Assembly: GCF_009914755.1 (NCBI RefSeq)
Contig: NC_060925.1
DNA length: 64,000 bases
DNA from: the human T2T-CHM13v2.0 reference genome, Homo sapiens
Strand: one strand, 5' to 3'
This document shows, in pieces, positions 14,131-27,112 of this stretch. A model generated the notes under the pieces. That model worked only from the letters and a program-made list of their open reading frames with translations, ran no database searches and was not told where the DNA came from. The position numbers were made by a program, and so were the translations under genes. Positions within the stretch are counted from its first letter, which is position 1. Every line of letters starts with the position of its first letter.

Positions 14131-14280
14131 TACATACATACACACACATTCCAGACATATACACATATATACATCACATGTGCCCACACACATATAATAT
14201 ATACATATATGACATGATTAAAGATATATATAATACACATATGCTATATATGTATATAAATACATAATACACATACATAA
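14131..14280. repeat. (CA/TA)-rich low-complexity tract
   Basis: Direct inspection. Confidence 0.8.
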
Positions 14281-15719
14281 AATAGATGGATAGAGAAAGA
14301 TAAAAAAAGCACACTATACACAGGCTGAGCTAGGTTTTCCTGAGTCTGGGGCAAAGTAATATTCCTGGGCCCTTCCCTAAAGACAAGAGCAGTAAACCAG
14401 GAAAGAGACAAGAGACACCCTACCAGGACCTTAGCTCCAGATAAAGTCCATACTTACTGAACTCTGACCTGGTCTTACTGGTTGGTTTCCCTTATCTCCC
14501 AGGGTGGAGTTTTCAGCAGGCTCCTGGCACCCTAACTTTCTATGGATTCTGCCTCCGGGTAGAATTTTCCCTCTGGTCTGAGGCTGGCAAACACACCGTC
14601 CTAGACCTGCACATCCCTACAGTAAGGGCTATGAGGAAAGACGGCTGTTTGCAGACAACCGCTGCTGATCTATAAGCATCAGTTCCCTCATCTCTTAAAC
14701 TAGAGAATAGACAAATGGTCTCTGGCAGTGCACCAGAGAAGGTTCACTCCTCAGTTGGATCACTTTCTAGCTATCCAGCAGCATACGAATCACTTGAGGC
14801 CCCACCCTTAGGGATCCAATTCAGCAGGTCTGTGGTGTGGAATCTATTTCAACAAGCAGCCCAAGCCATTCCTTATTCAGAGGACCGTAACTTGGAGAAA
14901 CTCTTGAAACAAGTCCCTTAATTTATGAGTCTATCATCAGTCTATCATCTTTCTTATCTGCAAAATGAACACATATTGATATCATCTGTTAGTCTGTCAT
15001 CTCTTTTAGACTTTAAGCCCCTGAGAACAGGGACCATGTCTTATTCATCCTTGTATCACCAGCTGAGTTCCAGCACAGTGCCTGGTGCATAGTGAGGGTC
15101 GCTCCAAAAATGTTAGCTGAAGGACCCATATACGTCCTTTCTTTCTTCCAGGGCTGATGTGAGGGCAAAAAAGATAATATTTATTAAGTGCTTTGAAAGT
15201 GTAAAGCCCTCTGCAAATGGTTTTATTGTGTGTTTTTTTTTTTTTTTCAGGTGTACAGTAGGTGAGCTATGCTTGAAAAATGTCAGGTGTGAGGGGAACA
15301 GAACTAGAAAGAGTGAGTGAAAAATACCCCCAGGGTGTTCAAATTCTAGGTAGGGCAGGGCCAGTAAACCTCACCTTTCTACTTTCATGAAGGTCTTAGA
15401 CAAAAAGAGATTTTAGGATTTGTTTGACTATCAGAGCAGACAACTTGGCAGACAGGTGTGTGTGGAGAAGGGAGGCAGAGAACTCGTGTGTTGAGAAGGT
15501 TGGTTAGCTTGGTTCCACATCGAATATTCAGCACACAGGACATGTGGTATGGTTTTAAAAGCACAGCTTTAGGAGTCAAAATACTGGCACAAGCTCAGGC
15601 TCAGCCCTTTCTTGGCTATGTAGTCTTAGGCAAGTCATCCAACCTCTTCAAACCTTAGTTTCCCAATAACAAATGTAGGTAATACTACCTTTCTCAAAGG
15701 GTAATTGCGAGGACCAAAT

Positions 15720-16330
15720 CACCTTCACTGACACCTCAAAGCTACAACAGTCAAACTGCAATCAATCTCCCCAGCCCTGCTCCTGATCAAATGTTTCCTC
15801 CTCAGTAAAACACTGCCGTGCACTTGCTCACGCCAGAAATCTGAGATTATCTTTGACATCTCTCTGCAAATCCAATCAATTGACAAGTCCTACTGATATG
15901 ACCTCCTAACATTTCTGAAATCCACCTACTTCTCTTCTCCCCCTCTCTGCCACCACGCTCATTTAAGAGACCATCATCTCTCACCTAGAAGAACTGGCCT
16001 CCCCATGTCTACTCTAGCCCCTACCCATTCTTACACACAGAGTGATCTTTTAAAGAGAGAAATTAGAGGATATACACCCTTCCGTGGTTTCCCACTGTCC
16101 TTGCATGAAGTTCCAAATCCTGCACATGGCTAGCAGGTCCTTGGGTGAGGTCTCATGCCTATTCTCAAGCTGTGTATCTGGTCACCCTCCCTCTCACTCA
16201 CTGTATTTCAACCTCAGGGGCTTTCTCTCCCCACCTTGGCCTGGGGAACCCACACTCATTCCTCAGCGTTCAGCTTAAGTGTCCCTTTCTCAGAGAGGCC
16301 TTCTCTGACACTTAATGTGTTGAGTTTCCC
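15720..16330 (+). mobile_element. L2 fragment
   Basis: L2 motifs (AAATCCAATCAAT, CCATCATCTCTCACCTAG, AGAGTGATCTTTTAAA, TCAGAGAGGCCTTCTCTGAC). Confidence 0.65.
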
Positions 16331-16389
16331 TGAAATTTACCTTTGTAATGTGCCTAACTCAATAGTAACTACACTATTGTTTGGGTGCC

Positions 16390-16683
16390 TTTTCTTCTTC
16401 TTTTTTTTTTTTTTGAGACAGGGTCTCACTCTGTTGCCCAGGCTGGAGTGCAGTGATGCAATCACGGCTCACTGCAGCCTCGACTTCCTGGGTTCGAGCT
16501 CAAGCAATCCTCCCACCTAAGCTCCCTGAGTAGCTGCCCAGCTTGTTTTTTTTTTTTTTTTTTAAATAGAGATGAGCTCTGACTATCTTGCCCAGGCTGG
16601 TCTCAAACTCCTGGGCACAAGGGATCCTCAGCCTCAGCCTCCCAACGTGCTGGGATTACAGGCATGTGCCACTGTGCCCGGCC
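16390..16683 (-). mobile_element. AluJ-like SINE with internal deletion
   Basis: Alu arms are recognisable; about 30 nt are missing near the linker. Confidence 0.85.
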
Positions 16684-17380
16684 GGTTTGGGTGCTTTTTA
16701 AAATGTCTGCTCTTTTCCCATTTAATGATAAACTTCGTGTATGTTGTTCTCATGCATACTTGTCCAGAACACAGGACATAGTAGATATTCAATAAATATG
16801 TGTTGGAAGATGAAATCAGATACAGGTAACAGATCTTTAGACATCAAAATAAGCCTATACTTATCACAGCTGTTGAGAGAAACATTTTTGAGTGACCTCC
16901 ACAATGCATATAAATTAGGATTAAATTCATAATTTCATAGGTTTAACAAAGACTAATAAACTAGAAGGGTGTTAGCCTCTCTATGGACTTAGGCGGAGAG
17001 TACCACTGGTGACCCTGTAAGAACTATTTAAGCTCCTAAATTCTTCAATGCCCCAGATTGCTACAACTGAATTCTGCAAATAAGACAGTGAAGCATCAAC
17101 TAAATAAGAAACTGCATGTTAAAGTGTGTTGGTAGTTACAAACTAGATTTGGGGAGGGGATGGACAAAGAAGAAATCAGAGAGGAGGTGGACTTTAACCA
17201 GAGCCTTGGAGGAAGGGGAGAATTCTGACAGGTAGCTATGCTGTGGAAGGACATTCTAGGGGAGGAAGCAGCAGAAGGCAGAGGGAGGACACAGGGACTC
17301 TGGGGAGGCTGTCAATGCAATATGGGAGAAAAGGGGATGGATCTCACAACAAGGAGTGTAACAAGAGATAAAATTAAAAA

Positions 17381-17681
<301 letters not shown>

Positions 17682-17700
17682 TTAGGAACCTCTCTCTCTA

Positions 17701-18009
17701 TTTTTTTTTTTTTTTTTTTTGAGACAAAGTCTTGCTCTGTCACTCAGGCTGGAGTGCAGTGGTATGATAATAGTTCACTGAAACCTCCAGTTCCTGGTCT
17801 TATCTGATCCTTCCGCCTCAGCCTCTCAAGTAGCTGGGATTACAGGTCTGCACCACTATATCTGGCTAGTTAAAAAAAATTTTTTTTTTTGTAGAGATGG
17901 GGTCTCCCTTTGTTGCCAAGGCTGGTCTTGAACTCCTAGGCTCAAGCAATCCTCCCGCCTCAGCCTCTCAAAGTGCTGGGATTACAAGTGTGAGACACCA
18001 TGCCCAGCC
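17701..18009 (-). mobile_element. AluJ-like SINE inserted into a MIR (17640-18125)
   Basis: TSD AGGAACCTCTCT at 17684-17695 and 18010-18021; the flanks join to give a MIR core. Confidence 0.88.
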
Positions 18010-18474
18010 AGGAACCTCTCTTAAACTCTCTGAGCCTTATAATTCACCTGCCCTGCCCTACCTATCTCACACAGCTGCTGTGAGAATTAAGTGGGATAAA
18101 GTATGTCAAAAGGTTCTGCAAATACTAAAGTAACATATCATTGCTAGGGAGTATGATGGAGGGAAAAAGACAGGTTATGGAGGGCCTTAAACGGTATCTA
18201 AGGATTATAGATTTGATTATTTACAGATGGGGGAGCTGTTGAAGGCTTTCTCGAAGAAGTAATAGGATCAGGTTTAGCCTTTAAAAAGATAAGTCTGACT
18301 GCAGTGACTAGAGTGGCCTGGAGGAGGAAAGGCTGGAGGCCCAGACACCAGCTGCGGCAGAGCAGATGTGCACCTGAAAGACAGCGATGCGTGGAATGCA
18401 CTAGAAAGCACAGGTGAGGGACAGACTGCTGAGAGTGGGTTACTAGGAGCTGACACTGGGAGTACCCTCTAGCC

Positions 18475-18769
18475 CTGCACTGTCTTAACAGGAACCCCAG
18501 GTCACATGTGGCTAAGAGCACCAGAAATGTGGCTGGCTCAAATTGAAATACACTGTATAAAATGCACATCAGATTTAAAGTTTTAGTGAAAAAAAAAAGA
18601 ATGTAAAATATCTCAATAACTTTTTATATTAGAGTATTTTGAATATATTGGGTTAAATGAAATATATCATTAAAAATAATTTCACCTGTATTATTTTTTT
18701 TTTTACTATGGCTACTAGAAAATGTTAAATTACATGTGGTTTGCACTATCTTTCTATTGGACAGCACTG
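18475..18769 (-). mobile_element. MER33-like hAT-Charlie MITE
   Basis: Termini CTGCACTGTC...TATTGGACAGCACTG with internal CACATGTGGCT and TGGCTACTAGAAAAT. Confidence 0.8.
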
Positions 18770-20815
18770 GTCTGGCCTCCTTTGGCCACAGCTGCACCAC
18801 ACTTCCACCTTCTCTCCAGTGGTGAGACCTCCTTGCCCTTCAGAACAGTCAGAGAAAACTAGAAGCCTGCCCAGTCAACCCTCCAGGAACTTCTGTCTCC
18901 CACAGCACCTGGTATATATTTCTGCAAAAGCACCTTCCACATTGTCGACCTCTCTCCTTGTTCGCTGGACTGTGAGTCCTAGAGTAAAGAGGCACAACTG
19001 TCTCCCAGAAACGAAGCAGAGCCCGGCTCTGAGGGCACCATCTTCACCCCTTAGTAGAACAATCCAGCACTGCCCTAGGCTGTGCACCCTTTTCTCCACT
19101 CAGAACCCAACACCCCATCAGCCTTGCAGGCTCTATCAGCATAGGTATTGGCACAAGCTCACATCGGACTTATCCAATTTGTCACATATTTCTCAGAAAA
19201 AGCTCAATGCCGAAGCTATGCCCAGGAATTTACATTGATATTGAGGAGCAGTGTGGTGAAGTGTGGAGTTAGAACAGGCCTGGCTCTGCCTCTGGCCATC
19301 TATGGGACTGAGAGCAAACTATTTTCTGCGAACCTCAGTTTTCTCATCTACAAAATGGGAATACTAGCCACCTATCCTATCAGGCTGTTTTAAGAATTGG
19401 TGTAATGTAAGTACAGTATCTAGTACAATGGCTGGCACTCTGCAGTACTTTAAAAATGGGTGCTATTCTTTGCTGAAGCCCTAAGTCAGACACAATTAGT
19501 AAGCTACTGCCAAAGCAAGCACATCCTGCCTTGAAACACAAAATCAAGTCTTGAGTTATCTAATATAGATGCAACCATTTTACAGATCTCCTAAGATCTC
19601 CTAGATGATCTACTGCCGAATATTATGTTTAGCCTATATTTATTTGCTTTTGTCACGGAGTCCTCCATCAAACTTATGTTCAATGAAAAGAATAGCATCT
19701 CAAGACATCAAGAGGAAGCCAGGAGACCTAGATATTGGTGCTAATTCTGCCATTTACTAGCTGTGCAACTCCAGACAACATAAAGCAACTTTCAGGAAGA
19801 TCCAAGATCTGATTATTAGGAGTAGAAGTCAGGGGTGGAGAGCAAAGCCACAGGAAGGGAAATCATGGAGGCTGCCCCAGCAGGAGGGAGGGGGCGGGCC
19901 CTTCTGACAAGAGGACAGGACTGACAGCTGGCAGCCTAGACATCTGGGTTCTAGACCCACTCTGCCCTTATCTTTTTATATATCCTTGAAAAGGGAGAAG
20001 AAAATTACATATAATAAACATGTGTTACAGGCATTCATTTAATCCTGACAACCTGGTGAGATAACAGTGTTATTTTCCTTTACGGATAAGGAAAATGAGG
20101 TTCAGCTAAGTTACATAAGTCGCCCCAGGCCATACAGCTATTAAATAGTAGAGCCAGGACACAAGTTCAAGTGTGTCTGATACCAAAGTCCCAGCTTCCT
20201 CTCCCTGTGCCTTGGCCCTATCATCCCCACGACGAGGGAGCTGAGCTAGGTCATCTCACGTCCTTTCTTAATTCTGCTTGATTCTTTGTCCCTTATAATT
20301 CTTCTTCAGCGTATCAGGTCTTGCACCCAGGCAGAACTACATCCCTAGCCTGGAAAGGAAAGATTCTCTCTAAAGAATAAAGGGAGGGCAGGCCACAGCC
20401 AAATTCATTTCAACTGGAAAAGAAACAACAGACACCATCACCAACCATGATCTAGAAGCAATTCTGTGTCTGCATTGGTGATATCCACAAGATGAAAAAG
20501 TATATTTTCATTTGAGTTTCCTGGTTTTCAACAAAGGGCAAAGGAGATGAGCAGAACCTAGAACCTACAAGATAAAGAACAAGCATCTGTCACAGGGACT
20601 TGCCAGGGCCGAAGGGAAAGGCCTCCATCTGTGGAATGAGGTTTCCTCCTCACCACATCGTAGCCACTGTGTGGCACTGGGCAAGCCACACCACTTCTCA
20701 GTCTCAGCTTTCTTAACAGTAAGATGGGAAGACCAAGCCTTGTACTTTTTGCAGGGCACTGTGATAATTAAATTACTTGTCATCCTAAAACCACTCTACA
20801 AGAGTATCTTTTTAA

Positions 20816-21103
<288 letters not shown>

Positions 21104-23659
21104 CTACAGGCATATCTTGTTTTACCTAATGTTTTCCTGAAAAGATAAGTAAATATGTTCTGAAGTAAATCATCATGAAAGTGATAATACCTTAAATATA
21201 AATTCTCAAAAGACTGGATTTTCTTCAAAGAAGGCATACTTTATACCTTGTATAAACGGAGTTGTTACTTGAGTCGACTTTTGATTATTGGCACAAATAA
21301 AGGACCAACCATGAAACAGGTACCCAGGATAATGGCCAATCCAAGAAGTCTTCATTTTGCTTTTTAAAAGTGTGTCATTTGGCCCAGAAGATTCACCTTT
21401 CTAATTTACTTTCTTAAGGTGGATTTTAAATTAGCTCCCTTTCCCTGAGTTCATACCAACATCGATAGGAAAGTACTGGGTGGCAGAGGAAAGTTAGTGT
21501 TCTACTTTAAAACCACTGAGGTTAAACCATCAAATGGGTAACTTGTGGAAGTAATGGGAGTTGATGGTATGAGGTCTGCTTGTCTTTGCAATCCCCTTCC
21601 TTGGGCAGGCTGTAGGCAACCTGTTCTTCAGCTGAGGTAACTGCAGGTAGATGCAAACTGAGTCATGGCAACCTAAGCTCCCAGCTGTAATGGGGGGCAG
21701 AAGTGGGAGGCGGGCCAGAGCTTCACAGGCTGAGTCCATACCCTCCACATTCCTGGCTGGTGACTTCAGGAAGCCCTGCCAGAAGTAGAAGAAAGAAGGG
21801 CGTGCAGACAGGGGAGGTTATTCCAGGTCCCCCTGGAAATTCCTGTTCTACCCTTCGAAAACCTGTGCGGAAGCTCCCCTCCTTGAGGAAGCCTTCCTCA
21901 ATGAACTCTCGAATGATGACACTTCTATTCTTTACATCTCCTGGCCCTTAAGCATCTGACTTATGCTATCATCACAGATCCCTGCCTGTGTACTGCTTTT
22001 AAAAGAAACTCACGTATTCTACCGTGTGATCTGTTTAATAAAATACCTGTTCTGAAGGAGAGACTTACATCTTCTATTTTTTTGTTTCTTTAGCACCAAG
22101 TCTCCAACAACCTAAAATGGGTCTCTCAACCCATAGACTGAGCTCTACAAAGTATACTTGATATACATAGTTGGCTAGGATGCTGACAGAAGGCCAGCCA
22201 AGAGAAAATCAGAGTCAAGTTTTCCAGTAGCCAGATCCCTGCAGCTCTCGCCACAGTTTCATCACCCAGGATCCACTCTGGATCTCTCTGTTGTTTACTC
22301 CATTCCCTCACATTGACTAATGGGCCTTGGACCACTAGAACATTAGCCACTGTGTTTATGACAAAGACAACCCCAAGCAACAAACTCAACATGTAGCTGC
22401 CTGATAGGAGGTGCAATAGGCAGGCCACAAACCAAAAGAATGCCCATTGGCTCTGGCTATGCAGGCACTTTGCAGATCTAGATCACACAAATGGAGGGTG
22501 CCCTCTCCACTGGGGGAGATCCCAGACCATTCTGTGGGAGGAAAAGTGGTTTTTAGAGCAGTGGCTCCTACCACTTCCAGCAAGTGTTGCTGTCTCTTAC
22601 ACTCTTTCTACTGAATTACATCTTTGATACTGAGGGGCTTGCACAACAGTGAAACGGGTGTTAGGAAGACAAAAATTATTGGCACTGGGATATGGGCTTA
22701 TAATTCCCTCTGTAGGTTTACAAAAATGGTAGGCATTTGTCCTACAGCACTTAATTTGACTCACAATTCACGCAGCACAGTTTAAATAAAGTATCCTAAA
22801 GGTTTGAATATTTGGATTATGGTCTTAGTTCTAGGCCTTATATTTCTCCTAAGCAAAAAGTGTGGTTGCATGTGCATGTATGGGATTGGGAAGCGGGGCG
22901 GTGAAATGATGGGAGAGAGGAAGAGATGAATGAACCATGTGGTCCCTGCAGTTCCTTTCCAGGACCTAGACACATATAATGATTCTATCCAGGCACAAAT
23001 CACATGATAATGAGGCTTTATTACATCAATAATGGACCACCTCGAACAGGGCAATACTAGCATTTCAACTGGGAAACTGCTAGTCCACAAAACACAATCT
23101 CCAGGAAATGAACCTGGATTGGCCAGGAGAGAAACAACAGCGACTGAGCAATCAGTTTGGATCTCATTCTCCATCGAGTGAGGCACATAAGATACACTCA
23201 ACAGAAATTTGTTGAATGCTGAATGACCAACCTTGAAATTCTAAATCCTCCCAAACTCTAGTGCTCCAAACAGCCCAACCTTGCCCTTCAGCCCACTTTT
23301 CTAAGGCTGAATTCAAGTAGTACTGTCTCTAGTAAACTTTCCTAACTAGTCCAACTTACCCAATGATCCTTTCAGTAACTAAGTCCATTTCTACTGCATT
23401 TTGAGTCCATACTATGCTATTTGGCACTTGTTATCAAATCATTTCATCCATATTGTTCATATCTCACTCCAACTAGATGATAAACTCCTCACAAGCAGAA
23501 ATCCTGTCACATATATTTTGTTGATAAAGCCTGCAATAACTAACACAGTGCTAAGCATATACTCTTAGTAAATTCTTGTGACTGATTGATAAATGGGAAC
23601 TCATGATGATAATAATAATAAGAGCTAGCAAATTCTTAAAGCACTTACTGAGACAAGAA

Positions 23660-24790
23660 TGTAGGCTCCTGAGTTCCCCTCCCAGATGTAAATGCTGGCC
23701 CTGACATTTATTAGCTGTGTGACTTTAGGCAAGTTACTTAATCTCTTGCCTCAGACTACTCATCCATAAAATGGGGATAATAATAGAGAGAATTCATAAG
23801 AATGTTAGGATTCTATTTCATGAGAGTGTTAGGACTAAATTATTTAAAACATGCAAAAAATGCTCAGGCCAGGGCCTGGCACTCAGTAAGAATTCCTTAT
23901 TGATTGATTGTTGATTATTCATATTAGCCATTCTTATGTATTACATTTAATCCTCACAACAACCTCATGAGTTGGCACTATTAATGTTGCCATTTTACAG
24001 ATAAGAAAATGGGCTACAGAAAGGCTGAGCCACTTGCTTGATTTCATGCATCCAGCAAGTGAGATGAAGCTGGGATATGAACCCAAGCATTTTAACTTCA
24101 GAGCCTTTACTCTGCTAATGCTTTGCACTCTGTCTAGAGAGAGTCCTCACCATCCATTTGACTTTGCCATAGATACATCCTTAACTTATGCCAGTGTTCT
24201 AAAACCTCAGATCACAAATTCAGGAGGGCAGGGACTAGGGCTGCTTGAGTCTATACTATGCCACTTATTCGAATTCCCCTCATTCAAATTCAGATTCTGC
24301 TAACATACACTAAGCATCTGCTGAGTAGCAGGTGTTGTGCCAGATAGTATCTCACTTAACCCTCAGAACAACTATGAAAATATGTTTCATGAATGGAAAA
24401 CAGGTTCAGAGAAGATAAAGGACTTGCCTGAGGTCCCAGGGTTGGTGAGAGCCAGAGCTAGGACTTGAACTCAGATTCTCTGATGCCAAATCCAACAGCC
24501 AGCCTCACTAAGCCAGCCTGGCTCTGAGTGTTTCCTGACACAAGCGAGTAAAATGCAGTGCAGACAACTATTTATACGTCTGCTGGCCAAATGCACAGGC
24601 TTTAGAATCCTGATGCTGACACTCACTGGGGCCATGACCTCAGGTAACATATTTAACCTCTTAACCCCACGTTCCCTTAGCTATAGCAGAAGTAACTATT
24701 ACACGGGATTGTTAAGAGATTAAATGGTAGAATTCATTAAAGCGTTTAGCACAGGGCACACATTAAGTGCTTAAAATATGTTAGCTATTA
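23660..24790. mobile_element. Cluster of about four MIR elements in mixed orientation
   Basis: MIR core motifs GCTGTGTGACTTTAGGCAAGTTACTTAA (+), CATTTTACAGATAAGAAAAT (-), CAGGTTCAGAGAAGATAAAGGACTTGCC (-) and GACCTCAGGTAACATATTTAACCTC (+). Confidence 0.7.
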
Positions 24791-26977
24791 TTTTTATCAC
24801 CACCATGGGAAAAGGGGGGCTTAAGTTGCTCCCTTGTATTCATCTAGCGTTTCTCTACCTATGACTTAAGGGACATCCTTGTTAGAAAAGACACATATTC
24901 AAATCAAATCACTGATGGAGAAACTAATGTCTAAAAAGATTAAATCACTTGTCCTAGGTTTGGGACACAGTTGACATTCTAACTTTAACCATACAACTCT
25001 TTACCAGGTCCTGCTATCTGCCGCCTCTCTGAACTTTTCAAAAATGTCTAGCATTTCAGAGCATACAACCTCTCGTTCAGTTCCAAAGGAAGGCCTTATA
25101 TTCCTACCACTATCCTAATCGCTCCTTTTGAGCTTTAAGGATTCACTCTGCTCCCCAACCAAAAATGGGGGCTGGGCAAGTTGCTCCAAGTGGAAAATTC
25201 AACTCCATCCCAGGCGGAAACCCCAAATCTCTGCTGTACCAGCAGATTTCCAGGACGTGCTGGCTCTCAGAAACCACAATTACAGGCAAGCTCAAGGCAG
25301 GGAGTAATTAGGCCCATACCATCAGCTCAGCAGTCTCCTGGCCTCTCCCTCCAGGGCTGACTCCATCTTTCTACTTCTCCCAACCCCCCTCACCAAAACC
25401 CCATCTGAACCACTGCATAGCCGAGAGAGATGCAATGGGAATTTCCATCCTTTCTCTCTTCCAGCCCCCATTCCATTTCCAGGAAACTGAAGACGGGTGG
25501 GGTGAGGGAGGAAAGAAGCCATCTCATGGATACAAGTAATGTTGAATGGCAGTAAGAGCTGAAAAAAACTTTCACAGAAAGAGAAACATTCTTGGGGCCC
25601 CTCCCCTCATTCCCTCCTTTACATCCCACAAAGATGACATCAGGAAGGAATTCCCTGGGTGAGACCCCCCAAACGTAAAAATAAAAGGAATCCTGTGAAA
25701 TAGGAAACAACAACTTCAATCTCTCCAGAAAGGGAGAGCCTTGGCTGGAGACAGGATGTGGAAATGATGACATCCAGAAGGCCAAAGGAATCTAGGACTC
25801 TAACTCTTACTCCCAAGATCATAGAGAGGTCCTGCAGAAAATCTACCCCTCTCACAGCTCCTTCTAATCTTGGCTAACAGGAAGGAATGCCAGGCCTTGC
25901 CTTCGTTTCTAAATATGCTGCTCTTCTATTCTGAAATGTAGGGCTGATGTTCCCATTATTTCAAACTCCAGCACACTCACACTTTGTATAGTACTTCCCT
26001 TCTTCCTTCCTGTGTTACTGCCCGTTGCTTGGGCAGTGGATTTGCTCAGCTTGGTTTGATGACTGCCTTAAACCCACCATTAAAAAGAGAATGCTGTCCC
26101 TTATAGCTCCCAGTGGTCTCAGGGCTGGCTGCATCCCCCCAACCCCCATAATGTTGACCGCCTTCAGAGGGTCTGGGTTCCCTGGAATCACCTCTAGGGA
26201 CTTTCAGGAGGTGAAGCTAATGTTGGATAGTGCAAAAGATGGATGGAGGGGCATCTCAAATAGGAAGTGGACTTCAACATCCTAAAGGTCTTTTGAACAG
26301 CGACAGCTCAGAGGTCAGAACTGAAGGTTGTCAGGGCAGTTTCTCAAGGCCATTCAGAACCCCCAGAATTCTGGTTGACAGAGCAGACTGAGAAATGCCC
26401 CCAAACAGTTCTGGTACTCACCCAATTCTATCAAAACCTTACTTAAAACGCATTAATCCCATGAAGCTTTCCTTGATTTAGCCTCTCCTAACTTCAATCC
26501 TCACAAATTTATTCTTGTACTGCTACTTAGTCTCTTACAACAAAATCAAAGTGAAAAAGTCAACACAAACCCATTCAAACCATTTATTTCAAGTTATATT
26601 TCACACATTCAGTATGACCAAAAATATGAACTTTCCCTGGAGTTCATTCTAAAGAGACCTGATTTCTATATTAAAGGGCACTTGTTTTGACACCCTTTTC
26701 TAGGTATTCTTAGATCAATATACTTCTACATCTCTGGTTTCCCCAACTAAGCTGCAAACTCCTTGAAAGAAAAGAGTATATCTCCCATTTTTGAAATTTT
26801 GCATTCTCCTCTGCTGGCCAGTTGGATGAAAAACATGTTTTTGCATGGGCATGTGTGTATATGTACATACACATAAAACATTCACTGTAAAATATAGGTT
26901 TCTACACACAGCATTCTTCAATCCACTTGTGTGGCAAATCAGTTGACAATTGATGGCAGCCAGGACATCACAAATCT

Positions 26978-27112
26978 ATTTTTTTTTTTGGTAGAGATAG
27001 GGTCTTGCTATGCTGCCCAGCCTGGTCTTGAACTTCCTGGCCCTTCAAGGGATCCTCCTGCCTTAGACTCCCAAAGCACTAGGATTATAGACATGAGCTA
27101 CTGCACCTGGCC
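26978..27112 (-). mobile_element. FLAM / Alu monomer
   Basis: Single Alu arm with an imperfect TSD (ACATCACAAAT / ACGTCACAAAT). Confidence 0.8.

Noticed and set aside
15375-15394. Possible 20-nt minus-strand exon (TCTCTTTTTGTCTAAG|...AAG|GTGAGG)
   Set aside because: Not a multiple of 3, in-frame TGA, short tract with an AAG acceptor and no supporting motifs. Probably a pseudo-exon.
18741-19238. 165-aa + strand ORF (and the 134-aa ORF at 52310-52714)
   Set aside because: No recognisable domain, antisense to the host gene, and no splice or promoter support; the first ORF also has a non-ATG start.
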